Part shown: in pieces, positions 47,430 to 61,090 of the stretch
Position numbering within the stretch: position 1 is the stretch's first letter
Layout of the letters: each line of letters starts with the position of its first letter
Assembly: GCF_004010195.1 (NCBI RefSeq)
Contig: NC_057749.1
Coordinates: 15,196,436-15,260,295, forward strand
Source of the DNA: Chiloscyllium plagiosum
Lineage: Eukaryota
Length of the DNA: 63,860 nt
Direction: 5' to 3'
Position numbers and translations under genes: made by a program
The notes under the pieces: generated by a model
The model's database searches: none
What the model saw: only the letters and a program-made list of their open reading frames with translations
What the model was told of the DNA's origin: nothing

Positions 47430-49310
47430 TGCAAACGCCAGGGACAGAAGTGTGCAGCGAGATTCCACAGAAATACTCAGGGAAGCTACAGAAAGACTGT
47501 TATACAGAAATGGTGAGATCCCACAGCAATAGAGAGAGATCCCACAGCAATAGAGAGAGATCCCACAGCAATAGAGATTCCCATAGAAATACAGAGAGAT
47601 CTCACAGCAATAGAGAGATTCTCATAGAAATGCAGAGAGATCCCGCAGCAATAGAGAGAGATTCCCACAGCAATAGAGAGATCCCACAGCAGAGAGAGAT
47701 CCCACAGCAATAGAGATTCTCATAGAAATACAGAGATCTCACAGCAATAGAGAGATTCTCATAGAAATGCAGAGAGATCCCGCAGCAATAGAGAGAGAGA
47801 TTCCCACAGCAATAGAGAGAGATCCCACAGCAATAGAGAGAGAGAGAGATTCCCATAGAAATACAATGAGATCCCATGGCAATAGAGAGAGAGAGATTCC
47901 CACAGAAATACAGAGAGGTTTGGCAGAAATAGAGAGATCCCACAGAAATAGAGATCCACAATGGAGAGGGATTTCAGAGAAACAGAAATGGATTTCACAG
48001 AAATGCAGATCGATGCCAAAGAAATACAGAGAGATCCAGAAATACAGAAGAAATACAGGCAGAAATATTGGGAGAAATCTCAGAAGTGAGGAATATTCCA
48101 AGGAGGAGAATGTGTCACAGAAATAGAAGAAATTTCACAGAAATGGAGTTAGATTTCATAGAATACACAGATCCTACAGAAATAGAGATTCCACCAAAAT
48201 ACAAAGAGATTCCACAGAAATGGTATTCTGCAGAAATACAGAGAGATTCCTCTAATACCAAGATAGATTCCACAGAAATACTGAGAGGTCCTACAGAAAT
48301 AGTGATCCCACAGAAGGACAGATGTAAATCTAACAAATAAAGAAAGTTTACACATATATACGCCGAGAGATTTCACCAAAAAATTGGAAGATTTCAGAGG
48401 AATACAAACAGATTCCTCAGTAAATGCGGAGAGACATTCCAAAGAAGCACATATTCTACTAAAATACAGTTAGGAATTAACAGTAACAAAGAAATTCCAC
48501 TAAAATACAGGCAAAGGTTCAACAGAACTGCAGACTGCAGTTTCACAGCAATACAGGGATGCCGTAGAAATAAAAACTAAAGATTCCACTGAAATTCCAC
48601 AACAATACGGTGATCCCACAGAAATGACACAGAAATAGAGATTCTACAGAAACACAGAGATTACAGAGAGCAAAGAGAGATCCCACAGAAATCCGGACAG
48701 ATTTCTTGAAACACAGACAGAGGTTCTACAGAAGAACTGAGAGAAATCTAAAACAAAATTCACACAGATTTATGAAGACAAATTCCACAAAAATACAGTC
48801 AGATTCACTGAAAACAGATATAGACACTGTAAAAATTTCACAGAAACCTAGTGATTCTGCAGAAATATTGTCAGTGATTGTGTAGAAATACAGAAGTTCC
48901 ACAAAAATACAAATATAGATTCCCAGAATACACGCAGGAGTTTCACAGAGATTCAGAATCCAGAAAAATACAGTCAGAAATCCCATGATCAGTGATTCAC
49001 AAAATGCAGTTAGAAACTCCACAAAAGTACAAACAGAGATTTCACAGAAAATACCAAAAAGTAATTTCACAGAAATATAGCCAGAGATTCTACGGAAATG
49101 AAACAGAGTCAACAAAAATGCAGATCTAGAATCCACAAAAAATACAGACAGAGGTTCAACAGAATTACAGTCAGCAGGTTCACAGCAACACAGGCATTCC
49201 ACAGAAATAAAGACAGAATTTTCACTAAAATACAGAGAGTCAAGAGCATTGTAAAGAAACTGTGAAAATACAGAGAGAGGTCCCGGGAAAATAACGTGAG
49301 AGATTTCATA
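47430..49310. repeat. Degenerate ~19-21-bp minisatellite (AGAGATCCCACAGCAATAG / AGATTCCACAGAAATAC)
   Basis: Near-identical units at 47515-47910, progressively degenerate towards 49300. Confidence 0.85.
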
Positions 49311-50577
49311 ACAACAATTACTGAATTATAATTCATCCTGTTAAGTGCTTCAGGATGCTTTAATATAGGGAGCTATGTAAATGCATGTATGAATTAGAAT
49401 TATTCCCTTGTTATGAATAGACATCACCCCAACATGAATTTGAGTCTATTGTTTATATTGCCTTTGGCTCTTCAATGGACAATACTGCATTGTCTTTTGG
49501 AAGGATCAATAAAGTTTTTTCGGCGGATCTAAGCGGTGTTGAGGTACTCTGCAACCAATTCTGATGAAAGGTCACTGAAACCAGACATTTTGACTATTTC
49601 CAGCATTTTCTATTTTTACTTCAACCTATGTCTTGGCCAATAATTCTCTGACAAGTGGCAAAATATTCGCTCACTCATTCATTCGCTGTTTGTGTGAGGC
49701 CTTGCTCCATGAATAATTTTGCACCTGCATTTCGAATCATGGATGGAGTCACTGAATGGTTATAGCACAGATGGGGACCACTTGGTCCATTGTGTACATG
49801 CCAGCTCTCTGCAAGAGTAACTCAGCTTGTCCCACTCCCCTGCCTTTCCCTCACCGTTCTGAGAATACATCTTCTTCACAGACTGATCCAAATCTCTTTC
49901 AAACACCTGACTTGAACCTGTCTCTACCACACTCTCAGGCAGTACATTCTAGATCCCAACCACTCTTATGTCAAAGTTTCCCCTAATGACACTATTCCTT
50001 CATTTGCCAATCACTCCAATTCGGAATTCTTCCACCAATGGGAACAACCTCCCCCTGGTTGTCAGCGTAACAATAGTGAGTGCGCTTCAAAAGTAATTAT
50101 TGATTTCAAAGTGTGTCACGATCCCTAGGGGTGTGGAAGGATACTCCATAAACTCAGGTTTTGATTCCTTATCACCTGAAAGGGCACATATTCCCCTAGT
50201 TTTCAGTTGGTAACAACCTGCTGCACATTTCCAAAGTTTTCTCTTTAAATTTTAACAAAAAATAAAATTGCAAGAGAAACTTCTTTGTTAATTGTTAATT
50301 TAAGGACAATTTTCTCCACTGAGAAAGTGATTTGGACTGGAGTTCCCCAAGTACTAGATGCCTTCTCATTGGCAAGACAGGGGTCAGTTTAGCTCAGTTG
50401 GCTGCACAGCTCATTCACAATGCAGAATGAGTGCTAACAGCAGGGGTTCAAATCCTACACCAGCTACAGTTACGGTGAGGGTTGTTATTTACCCATCAAC
50501 CAATCAATTCTCGAGCCAATATCACATTTCTGATTGTGGGAGCTGGCTATGCTCAAATTGGCTGTTGTGTTATCTTT

Positions 50578-51975
50578 GCTGAAAATGTGTTGCTGGAAAA
50601 GCGCAGCAGGTCAGGCAACATCCAAGGAGCAGGAGAATCGACATTTCGGGCATGAGCCCTTCTTCAGGAATGAGGAAAGTGTGCCCGGCAGGCTAAGATA
50701 AAAGGTAGGAAGGAGGGACTTGGGAGAGGGGCGTTGGAAATGCGNNNNNNNNNNNNNNNNNNNNNNNNNNNNNNNNNNNNNNNNNNNNNNNNNNNNNNNN
50801 NNNNNNNNNNNNNNNNNNNNNNNNNNNNNNNNNNNNNNNNNNNNNNNNNNNNNNNNNNNNNNNNNNNNNNNNNNNNNNNNNNNNNNNNNNNNNNNNNNNN
50901 NNNNNNNNNNNNNNNNNNNNNNNNNNNNNNNNNNNNNNNNNNNNNNNNNNNNNNNNNNNNNNNNNNNNNNNNNNNNNNNNNNNNNNNNNNNNNNNNNNNN
51001 NNNNNNNNNNNNNNNNNNNNNNNNNNNNNNNNNNNNNNNNNNNNNNNNNNNNNNNNNNNNNNNNNNNNNNNNNNNNNNNNNNNNNNNNNNNNNNNNNNNN
51101 NNNNNNNNNNNNNNNNNNNNNNNNNNNNNNNNNNNNNNNNNNNNNNNNNNNNNNNNNNNNNNNNNNNNNNNNNNNNNNNNNNNNNNNNNNNNNNNNNNNN
51201 NNNNNNNNNNNNNNNNNNNNNNNNNNNNNNNNNNNNNNNNNNNNNNNNNNNNNNNNNNNNNNNNNNNNNNNNNNNNNNNNNNNNNNNNNNNNNNNNNNNN
51301 NNNNNNNNNNNNNNNNNNNNNNNNNNNNNNNNNNNNNNNNNNNNNNNNNNNNNNNNNNNNNNNNNNNNNNNNNNNNNNNNNNNNNNNNNNNNNNNNNNNN
51401 NNNNNNNNNNNNNNNNNNNNNNNNNNNNNNNNNNNNNNNNNNNNNNNNNNNNNNNNNNNNNNNNNNNNNNNNNNNNNNNNNNNNNNNNNNNNNNNNNNNN
51501 NNNNNNNNNNNNNGTGGAGGTGGGGTTGGTGGGGGGTGTGGACCTGATGAGGGAGTCACAGAGGGAGTGGTCTTTTTGGAATGCTGATAGGGGAAGGGAG
51601 TGAAATATATCCCTGGTAGTGGGATCCGTTTGGAGGTGGCGGAAATGCGACGGATGATATGATGTATATGGAGGTTGGTGGGGTGGTAGGTGAGGACCAG
51701 TGGGGTTCTGTCCTGGTGGCGATTGGAGGGGCGGGGCTCAAGGGCGGAGCGGGAAGTGGAGGAGATGTGGTGGAGAGCATCGTCGATCATGTCTGGGGGG
51801 AAATTGTGGTCTTTGAAGAAGGAGGCTATCTGGGTTGTTCGGTATTGGAACTGGTCCTCCTGGGAGCAGATGGGCGGAGACGAAGGAATTGGGAATATGG
51901 GTTGGCATTTTTACAGGGGGCAGGTTGGGAGGAGGTGTAGTCTAGGTAGCTGTGGGAGTCGGTCAGTTTATAGTA
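50578..51975 (-). mobile_element. Penelope-like element, 3' portion spanning an N-gap (50745-51513)
   Basis: IDDALHHISSTSRSALEPRPSNRHQDRTPLVLTYHPTNL (PLE RT-EN linker-like); terminus carries CTGAAGA-A-GGGC-TCAT-GCCC-GAAAT at ~50668-50642. Confidence 0.8.
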
Positions 51976-52774
51976 AATGTTGTGTTATCTTAGTTATTTT
52001 AGTTTGTAACTAAAATTCTAGTAGCTCTGCATTGGTTGTCAAGTGCTTTCGAATGTCCTGAGGCTGTGAAAGTCGCTACAGAAATGCAAGGTTTGTCACC
52101 CTAACTAAGATTGTGAATAACAGTATCGAGGTGGGAGGGGGTGTAGGCGGGGGCGAGAGAAACTTTAAAACAATATTCAGAGCATCCAATGAGCTGCTAA
52201 AAAATATCAACATCAAGAAAGGGAGACAGAGTGGTGGGAGGAGAAAATGGAAAGGAATAAAGTAGCTGATAGCGTGTTAACTTTGAAAAAAAAGTATTAG
52301 TTATACAAAACAGACCTAAATGTGAGACCATCTGTTGAAGTGTTACGGACTATATTCTGCATCTTCCTCCAGAACAAATCATTTTTCTTTGAAGACATTT
52401 TCCTCTGCATACTCCTGCTCATCATTAAATGCATACAGAGGAAAATCAGTAATTCCCCTAAACAACACAAACTAGAGATTTGGAAAAAAAGGAGCAGGAA
52501 AATTTGTAAGGCTACTGCCAAGAATTACTTTCTTTTCAATCATTTTTCAGTGTTTCTTTCCATTACTTCAGCAGATGAAGTGTTGTAATGCAACGATTGA
52601 TCAATATCTCTGTTACTACTGGATCCTGCAACTATCAGAATGGAGTCAAACTAGAACAGTAGTTCTCAGACTGTGTGCTACAGACCTCTTGGAGTCTGTA
52701 AAGTGCTTAAGGAGCAGAATTGGCCTTACAGGTAGACAAAATGAGAGGAGCAAAATAGGCTTGGTGCAAGATAT

Positions 52775-53225
52775 CATTGGGTATGGAAGGTTTGAGTTAT
52801 AAAGAAAGGCTGGATGGGCTGGAACGTTTTTCACTGGTGTGTAGAAGGTTGAAAGGTGACCTTATAGAAGTTTATAAAATAATGAGGGGTATAGATGGAG
52901 TTAACTGTAGTTGTCTTTTCCCTAGGATGCAGGATTTCAAGACTAGGGGGCACATTTTTAAGGTGAGAGGAGAGTGATTTTAAAAAGACATGAGGGGCAA
53001 ACTGTTTACACAGAGGGTGGTTTGCATGTGGAATGAATTTCCTGAGGAAGTGGTGGATGTGGGTATAATTACAACATGTAAAAGACATTTGGATAAGTGC
53101 ATGAATAGGAAAGGTTTGCTTGGATCTGGGCTAGGAGCAGACAGGCAGAACTAGTTTAATTTGGGATTAGGTTTGGCATGGACTGGTTGGACCAAAGGGT
53201 CTGTATCCATGCAGTATGACTCTAT
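52775..53225 (+). mobile_element. CR1/HER1 3' fragment
   Basis: GMEGLSYKERLDGL...RRLKGDLIEVYKIMRGID plus tail. Confidence 0.93.
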
Positions 53226-54407
53226 AAGATGGGGGTAGAGATGAAAATGTGGCTAGCATTTGGATAGTGCACTAACTGACACACCTAGGAGATCAGGGAA
53301 CTTGGAAGAATGGTGTGGGGATCTCCAGATCTGTAAACAAATCCGTCTTTCTCAAAAACATTAAGACACTCTTTGCATGCAGCACTTGCAAGTCTCGAGC
53401 ATTATGTTCTTCTTCACTTTCCAGCCTGATGATAGTTTCAATCCAAGTGCCCCAAACTCCACCAGTGACAGGACAAAGAGGTAGATCCTGAAATCATCCC
53501 ACCAAGCAGACACAAAGCCAAGCCACACTGGCCATCTGACTAACTGAGCCAACCAGCCTCCTCCCCCAAGAGCTCTGAGTTACATGTATATTGCAATCTG
53601 GAGCTAAGTGTATTCATGGCAGATATTTCTATTTCAATCCATCACATGGTTAATCAGGAATCTCTTCTGCCCTTTGGATGTGTGTTGGATGAATTTCCAA
53701 CTTGGTCTTCAACTTGTTTGGCCGTGTTATGATCACAGCATTCCTTGGACATGCAGTTTTGCAGTGGGATTGAAATCTAGAGCATCTGGCTCAGAGGAAG
53801 GGACACTACCCATTGCAGCCCAGAAGGCCTGTCCACAGTATTATTATTTGGTAGGAAGTCCGTAATTACTCATCCTTTTGAAATAAGGTCCTTTCAGCAA
53901 AATGCTGTGAGAATTACTGAACAAGATTGATCTTTGGGTTATTTTCATTTTGTGTTTCCTCTATTTCTTTCTAAAAACATTTCTCTGTTCTTGTATTTTT
54001 ATGATGTCATACATACATTTTGATTGTGCTTCTCCATTGATACTATCTTCAAACTGTCTATTGTTCTTCAATTCACTGCTGAAATCTACTGTGTATTTAC
54101 TACGCCTTTGGAAATATTTTCCCTTTTTTATGTCCTGCTGTTTCACAGAGCAAGGATTATAGGCTTTTGCATTCAATTCCAAAGACAACAGAACAGAAAA
54201 CTGAAATCCTTCCTTCCCCTCTGATCTCCAACCTTTGCCAGAAGCCTTTATTTCCTTCAATTCATCAATAATCTATGGTCACTGCTCCTCTAAAAGATCT
54301 TTACTCATTCTTCCTAAAATATTCTCCCTGTTTCATGTGTCTCTATTCTACCTGATTTAAGACTTGTCTCAACTTCTCTAAGTCTTATTCGTTCTTAACA
54401 AAAAACC

Positions 54408-54545
54408 TTCTGAGGAAGGGTCACTGGACCCAAAACGTTCACTCTGATTTCTCTTCACTGATGCTGCCAGACCTGCTGAGCTTTTCCAGCAATTTCAGTT
54501 CATGTTTCTGATTTACAGCACCCACACTCCCTTCGGTTTTTACCA
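54408..54545 (+). mobile_element. Short PLE 3' end
   Basis: CTGAGGA-A-GGGTC-ACTG-GACCC-AAAAC...GATGCTGCCAGACCTGCTGAG; same subfamily as 2471, 18618, 35332. Confidence 0.75.
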
Positions 54546-54844
54546 TTCATTCATGGGGTTGTCTTCAAATCCCGAATCGTCACACGCATGGTAAGCTGTG
54601 AAACGGGATTCAATAAATCTGATAATGTGGAGCCCAGCAACAGAAAGGAAACAATCGTGAAGTCCACCTACTGTACTGTCCTCTGGGGTTAGGGAACCTG
54701 CCAGTTCTGGTGGCTCAGCTTAACTGTGCATCCACACTGAGTGAGGCGAGTACACCTTGATTTTGTGTCGTAGTGTAAAGTGAGCAATAGTGATTCAATA
54801 ATCTCTTTAATACCTCTATTGGATATTGAAGATCTTACTGTTAT

Positions 54845-55355
54845 AGAGATATACACCATCCAACTCATCCATACCGACCAGATATCCTAACCTAATCTTG
54901 TCCCATTTGTCAGTACTCGGCCTATATCCCTCCAAACCCTTCCTATTCATGTACCCATCCAGGTGCCTTTTAAATGCTTCAATTGTACCAGCCTCCGCTC
55001 CTCTGGCAGCTAATTCCATACATGCACCACCCTCTGTGTGGAAAAGTTGCCCCTTAGGTCCCTTTTACATCTTTCCCCTCTCACCCTAAACCTATGCCCT
55101 CCAGTTCTGGGCTCCCCCACCCCAGGGAAAAAGACCTTGTCTATTTACCCTGTCCATACCACCCATGATTTTATAAACCTCAAAAAAGGTCACCCCTCAG
55201 CCTCCGGCATTCCAGGGAAAACAGCCCAGCCTATTTAACCTCTCCCTAAAGCTCAAATCCTCCAACCCTGGCAACAGCCTTGTAAACCTTTTCTGAATCC
55301 TCTCAAGTTTCACAACATCCTTTCGATAGGAAGGAGACCAGAAGTGCACGCAAAA
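54845..55355 (-). mobile_element. CR1/HER1 3' fragment
   Basis: CVHFWSPSYRKDVVKLERIQKRFTRLLPGLEDLSFRERLNRLG plus tail. Confidence 0.93.
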
Positions 55356-56849
55356 TGAGCTGCCGAGTGGCAACTGCACGATCACATTGAAATCACTACC
55401 TACCCTGTTGACATGTAAATGGTTTAGTTACCTAGCCCATTGCTAAGATCAAAAGGAACCACTGCCACTCAGTGCAGAATCAAATTTGACTAACTCCTGC
55501 CAGCAAATAAGCAGCCAACTGATCATGAATACAACGGGTTCCAAAGTGATGCCCCGCACAGTCAAACTGCATGCCAATGATGACGTGTGAACAAAAAAAA
55601 AGTGATTGGATGAGTTACTGTGGAATGGTACACCAATGAGTCAGTGCCTTCAGGGGCATTAAAAGGAACAGGATGGGCGCGATACAACAAATAGTATCTG
55701 TTGTCTACACAGCTTTATCTGATAGAATTCACTGCCAGTGGAAATGAGTGATAGAAACAGAAACGTATTAGCAGAGATAGGATCAGAAAGGCATGTTTAG
55801 GCAGGCAGTGTCAGTGTCTGCATTATTGAGAGGTAGAGGGGACTGGATACCTTTCAGAGAATCAGGAGGCAGTAATCCGATCTGAGGGTGCACCCGGCAT
55901 CAGGGACCACAAGGACAGAATCTGAAATGCTTTCTTTGCCTCACTCAAATTCAAAGATCTGACAGTGGTTATAAATTTGCTCTTGGATTCCTGGTGTCTT
56001 TTTACCATCTTCAAGGAAGCAGCTGTATGTTTAGTGTTTGCAATGCCATTATTGGGCTAAAGTCAAGGACGATTGAGCCTTTTGTCTTTGTTGGCCACAC
56101 AGGTGTACATCCCAGAGCCCCAGGACCAAGTGTAAAGTTAAATCCCAAATTCCCATCAATTCTCATCCATATCAAGTTGCTGCTATTGTTACTGCCTTGT
56201 GATGCTGATCTTATACCTTCAACCTTTTGGACCCCATCCTTTGAAATTCCTTTGTTAAGCCTGGGCCTCTTCACCTTTCTCTCACCCTTTAAGACTCTTC
56301 TCAGAAGCAATCCTTTTGAACAAGGATTTGGTCACCTCCTCTTAATGTTCATTTTAATCGGGTTGTGTCTTGTGAAATGTTTTTATGGGAGGGTGTTATT
56401 TCTACATTGAAGGCATTCTAAGTTTCTCTTTTCTTCCTTCTGCTCATATCTCCCACTCTCCCTTTGTGAGTCTTGGTCCTTGCAAAGGAACTGGTGTTGA
56501 AGCACTGACCATGCTTGATACTGTGGCCAAACGGTCATTATTCATGTGTTCAGATACTGAGAGTTAGCTTTCCCATCCCATTTCTCCCTGCTTTCCATTG
56601 AGCAAGGAAGCTATTCTGGCATCTCCTTGACATCCCTTTCTGGGATGTATCACTGAGCAATAATTCCACACCCACTCAGGTAGGTGTATTCCACTTACGA
56701 GACAATGACAGCATTAATACCTTAGTCATTTCTGGGTGTCAGAAATGCCTTGCATTCTTCCTAAAGCACTGGAAAAGGGAAAGTACTTACATTTCCATAG
56801 CACCTTTCACAAATTCACAACACCTTACAGTCACTGAGTTATTTTTAAA

Positions 56850-58385
56850 TCTCGTAGGATCATAGCATTGTACAACATGGAAAAAGGCCCTTTGTGCTTG
56901 TGGCTGTCAATAAACACCTATCTACTCAAGTCCCATTTTCCAGCCCTTGGCCCAAAGCCTTGTATGTTATGTTGCTTCCAGTGTTCATCTAAATACTTTG
57001 TAAATGTTGTGATTGTTCCTGCCTCAGCTCAGCCAATGAACCCCAGATACCCAGTGAAAAAAAAAATTCTCCTTAAATCCCCTCTGAACTTTCTGCCTCT
57101 TACCTTAAATCAATGCCCCCTCACAGTAGCTGACTCCTCTACTAACGGGAAAAGTCTATTCCTATCTGCGCCCCTCATAATTTTATAGACTCCCCACCAC
57201 CACCGCACCCCCCCCCATCCCCTGAACTCCAGTGAAAATAACTCTCGCCTATGTAACCTCTCCTGGAGCTGAAACACTCCAATGCATGCAACATCCTGTT
57301 GAATCTCCTCTACAGTTTCTCCAGCACAACTGTATCCTTCCTGTAGTGTATGACCGCAACCACATACAGTATTCCTGATGTGGATGTGCCAGTATTGGAC
57401 TGGGGTGGACAAAGATAAAAATCACACAACACTAGGTTATAGTACAACAGGTTTACTTGGAAGCACTAGCTTTTGGAGCACTCCTCCCTTGTCAGGTAGC
57501 TAATGGGGCAGGATCATAGGACACACAGTGTATAGCAAAAGATGATAGTGTCATATATGTGATATATTGAACAATCCTAGATAGATGTTAAGTCCTTCAT
57601 CTTTTAGAATGGGTTGCAGGTTTCAGTTCATTAATATGTAAATTCCAGATCTTGCCTCACTAGCTAACTAGCGAAGGAGCAGCACTCCAAATAAACCTGT
57701 TCGACTATAACCTGGTGTTGTGTGACTTAACTACAGTATTCTGGCTGTGGCCTAACTAATGTTATATACAGCTGCACCATAACCTGTCAGCTCTTGTATT
57801 CAATGCCATGACTAATGAAGGCGAGTCATAGAGATGTACAGCATGGAAACAGATCCTTAAGTCCGACCTGTCTGTGCCGACCAGATATCCTAAATTAATC
57901 CAGTCCCATTTGCCACCATTTGGCCCATATCCCTCTAAACCCTTCCTTTTCATGTACCCATCCAGGTGCCTTTTAAATGTTATAATTGTACCAGCCTCCA
58001 CCACTTCCTCTAGCAGCTCATTCTATACACGTACCACCCTCTGGGTGAAAAAGTTGCCCCTTAGGTCCCATCTAAATCTTTTCTCTCTCACTTTAAACCT
58101 ATGCCCTCTAGTTTTGGACTCTCCCACCTTGGGAAAAGAGCTCAGCTATTCACCCCGTCCATGCCCCCCACCACCCCCCACCCTATTTTATAAACCTCAA
58201 TAAGGTCACCCCTCAGCCTCTGATACTCCTGGGAAAACAGCCCCAGCCTGTTCAGCCTTTCCCTATAGTTCAAACCTTCTAATCCTGGCAACACCTTTAT
58301 AAATCTTTTCTGAACCCCTGCAGGTTTAATAATATCATTCCTAAAGCAAGGACAATTGAACACAGTATTCCAATAGTGGCCTAAT
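56850..58385 (-). mobile_element. Nested repeats: old CR1 (56850-57375, resuming ~57730), CACCAGGTTAT-family insert (57380-57730), younger CR1/HER1 (57822-58385)
   Basis: VYKIMRGADRNRLFPL and VQKRFIKVLPGLEGLNYRERLNRLG; TACAGTATTC occurs on both sides of the middle insert. Confidence 0.8.
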
Positions 58386-60499
58386 CACGTATCCCACATC
58401 TGTTACTATGGGGGAGGTCTTGTCGTGCAGGGTGTAGCGGCTTGCTCCTCAGTCAGAAACTGCAAGTTCAAACTCCACTCCAGGACCCATCAGCCAAGGA
58501 AGGAGCATTCATAATGAGGCCAAACAGGTTGAGTATCCACTTGCAAATCCCTCCAACACACACACCAATGGCAGGCACTAAGAGTGGGAGAGATTCCTGG
58601 TCATCAGTGTGATGGAAAGAACATTGGAGAGTCTGTCATCACTGTTCATAGATCAAAGATGGAGGTAAAAGGCCTGTTGCTACTGCAACTCAGACTTTGG
58701 GGAAGTGGTTGCTGGGATGGTCTGCGTTGTGACACTGGGGGTCGGACCTGCCCTTTGGGAGGAGATCTCAAAACGAAGAAGATCTGTTGTAATTAGAAAA
58801 TGTGGCAACCAATTTCTGCGCAGCCAGCTCCCACCAATGACAATGCAGTAATTCTATGGATTGTAAAATGTTGCCATAGCCTTACCAGACCATAGGGCTC
58901 CTGTCCCATTGTGGAGAGGGAGAGAGACGTGGGACTGGTGATGGTTTAACCTGAGGGTCATCATGCCTCAGGTGAGGTTGAGAAGAAGTGACCTTAATGG
59001 TAACCTCAGCCAGTAGTCGGATCTAAACCCACACTGTCACTATCACTTACCAGCTGTTCAGCCAACTGAGCTAAACCAGCTCCCTTCTTTCAACCACTCC
59101 ACAGTGTGGAGAACTGTCCTTTTTGTCAGATAGTACCATGAGACATGTTACATCCACCTGAGAGGATAAACTGGCCTCAGTTTAATATCTCCACCAAACA
59201 TTAGCACCTCTGACAATGCAGCACTCCTTCAATACTGCCCAGCAATGTCACTCTGGTGACTAGTCACCTGTTAGCCTGGAGAGAGAATATGCACACAAGT
59301 TTATTTTCCTGTCCTTCACGTATTTTGAAACAGGTTACAGACTATCAGTTGGAATACGTAAGTCAGTAAATTGTTGTTCACATGACGCCTGTTAGTCCCT
59401 TGTTTATGTTAATTCAGTTACTGTAGAATACAAACAAACCGTTAATATCTCAATTAAAAACTCCTTTTGTGGTTCAAACACTCCTGTGCAATGCCTTTGG
59501 AGGTTTTACGATGTCAGATGTGCTATGTAAATGCAAGCTGGTGTTGTTCTACTCCAACAACTTTACAACCAGTGGCAAAATGTTTAGCCATTTTGCCCTG
59601 GCCTCCCATCTGGAATTCTCTCCCTAAGTTCCACTGGCCTCCTGTCTGGAATTCTCTCCCTAAGTTCCCGCTGGTCCCTCCTCACCTTCAATATCCAACT
59701 TAACACTCTTATTTTCAAGTTTGTTTCTGAATATCTCAGGTCTAGGGCCCAACTGGGAAATGCCTTAAGTTACTTCATGTACCCTCAAGGCAGATCTATG
59801 AAGGTAATGTGTAAATGTTTGTGGGACTCAGTAAGGAGTTTGATCTTCAGGAGAGGGTCTGAAAATATTTTTTAAAATGTCAGGGCACATCTTGTAAGCA
59901 TGAAGCTCCCTGGGATGGCACAGGAAGCTGGGTTACAACTTGGGCTTTTTATTCAACCCTAATTTCAACAGTTACTCTCTTGGGGCTGTTTATTGGGAAT
60001 TACCCAATATCCTTGTCATTTTTATGACAATAATGAATTAGACACATCACATAAATTTATATACATATTTTAAACCCTGAATTATAATCTACTTGAGCTT
60101 CAATCCCTGAGTTTATGTCATCGCAATTAGATTTGTGGCTTATAATCACTCCCACAGGTCCATTATTACTGATATTACTAACATAACGATTGCATTACTC
60201 ACTCCCATAAATATCTAAGTGAAGGAAACAAGTTGCAGGCTGATCACTCTCTCACCTCACTCAATAAAATCCTATTTAAAACCTTGACATAAATTATATA
60301 TCAAAAAGGAGGTCTTCTGGAATAGTAGGTAGCATTTGTGCCTCTGAGCCAGAAACTGTGGGCTCAATCCCACTCCAGGACTTGATGACCAGGGAAGGCG
60401 CACTCATTAGACAGCTAAGCAGATTCAATATCAACCTGCAAATCCTTATCCAACACACACCACGGTGGGCAAGAGTGGGAGGGGAGAGGTTCCTGGTCA

Positions 60500-61090
60500 G
60501 CTGTGTAAAATCCGATCTTCTTGCCATAGAGAGAGTGCAGTGGAAGTTCTGACACCAGAGATGGTAGGACTGTCCTACGAGAAGAGATTGGTTCAACAGG
60601 GCCTGCATTCACTAAGGTTTAGTAGGATGAGATCTGATTAAAAAGTATAAAATCCTAATAGGACTGGACGGACAAGATGCAGGAAGGATGTTTCCCCTGG
60701 TTGGACAGCCTTAAACCAAGGGACACAGTCTCAGTTTACAAGGCTTGACCAGAAGGTCTTGTGACATAGTGGTAGAGTCCTCACCTTTGAGCTAGGAGGC
60801 TTAGGTTGTATTCCCACTGCTCCAGAGATCTAGCATCTCTGAACAGGTTGATTAGTAGACTGGGACTGAGAGAAGGAAACATTTCTTCACTTAAAGGGCC
60901 GTGAACCTGTAGAATTATCTTCCTGTGGAGGCCAAGCCACTGAATGTATTCAGGCGATAGATCCATTTTTAGATATTAAAGGCACCAAGGGGTATGGGCA
61001 GAAAGTGAGAATGTAGCATTGAGATAGAGCATCAGTCATGATCATATGGAATGTTGCAACAGCTTCAAAAGGATGAATGGCCTATTCTGG
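60500..61090 (+). mobile_element. Old CR1 3' fragment with small nested insert (~60745-60858)
   Basis: DLLAIERVQWKF..., gaaggaaacatttcttcact and tgaatggcctattct tail. Confidence 0.75.

Noticed and set aside
46757..48442. 318-aa and neighbouring ORFs across the promoter
   Set aside because: Composed of GA/CT tracts and minisatellite translations.
15899..51790. Long ORFs containing X runs
   Set aside because: Artefacts of translating through assembly N-gaps.
59598..59668. 36-bp tandem duplication
   Set aside because: Ordinary local duplication in decayed repeat-like sequence.
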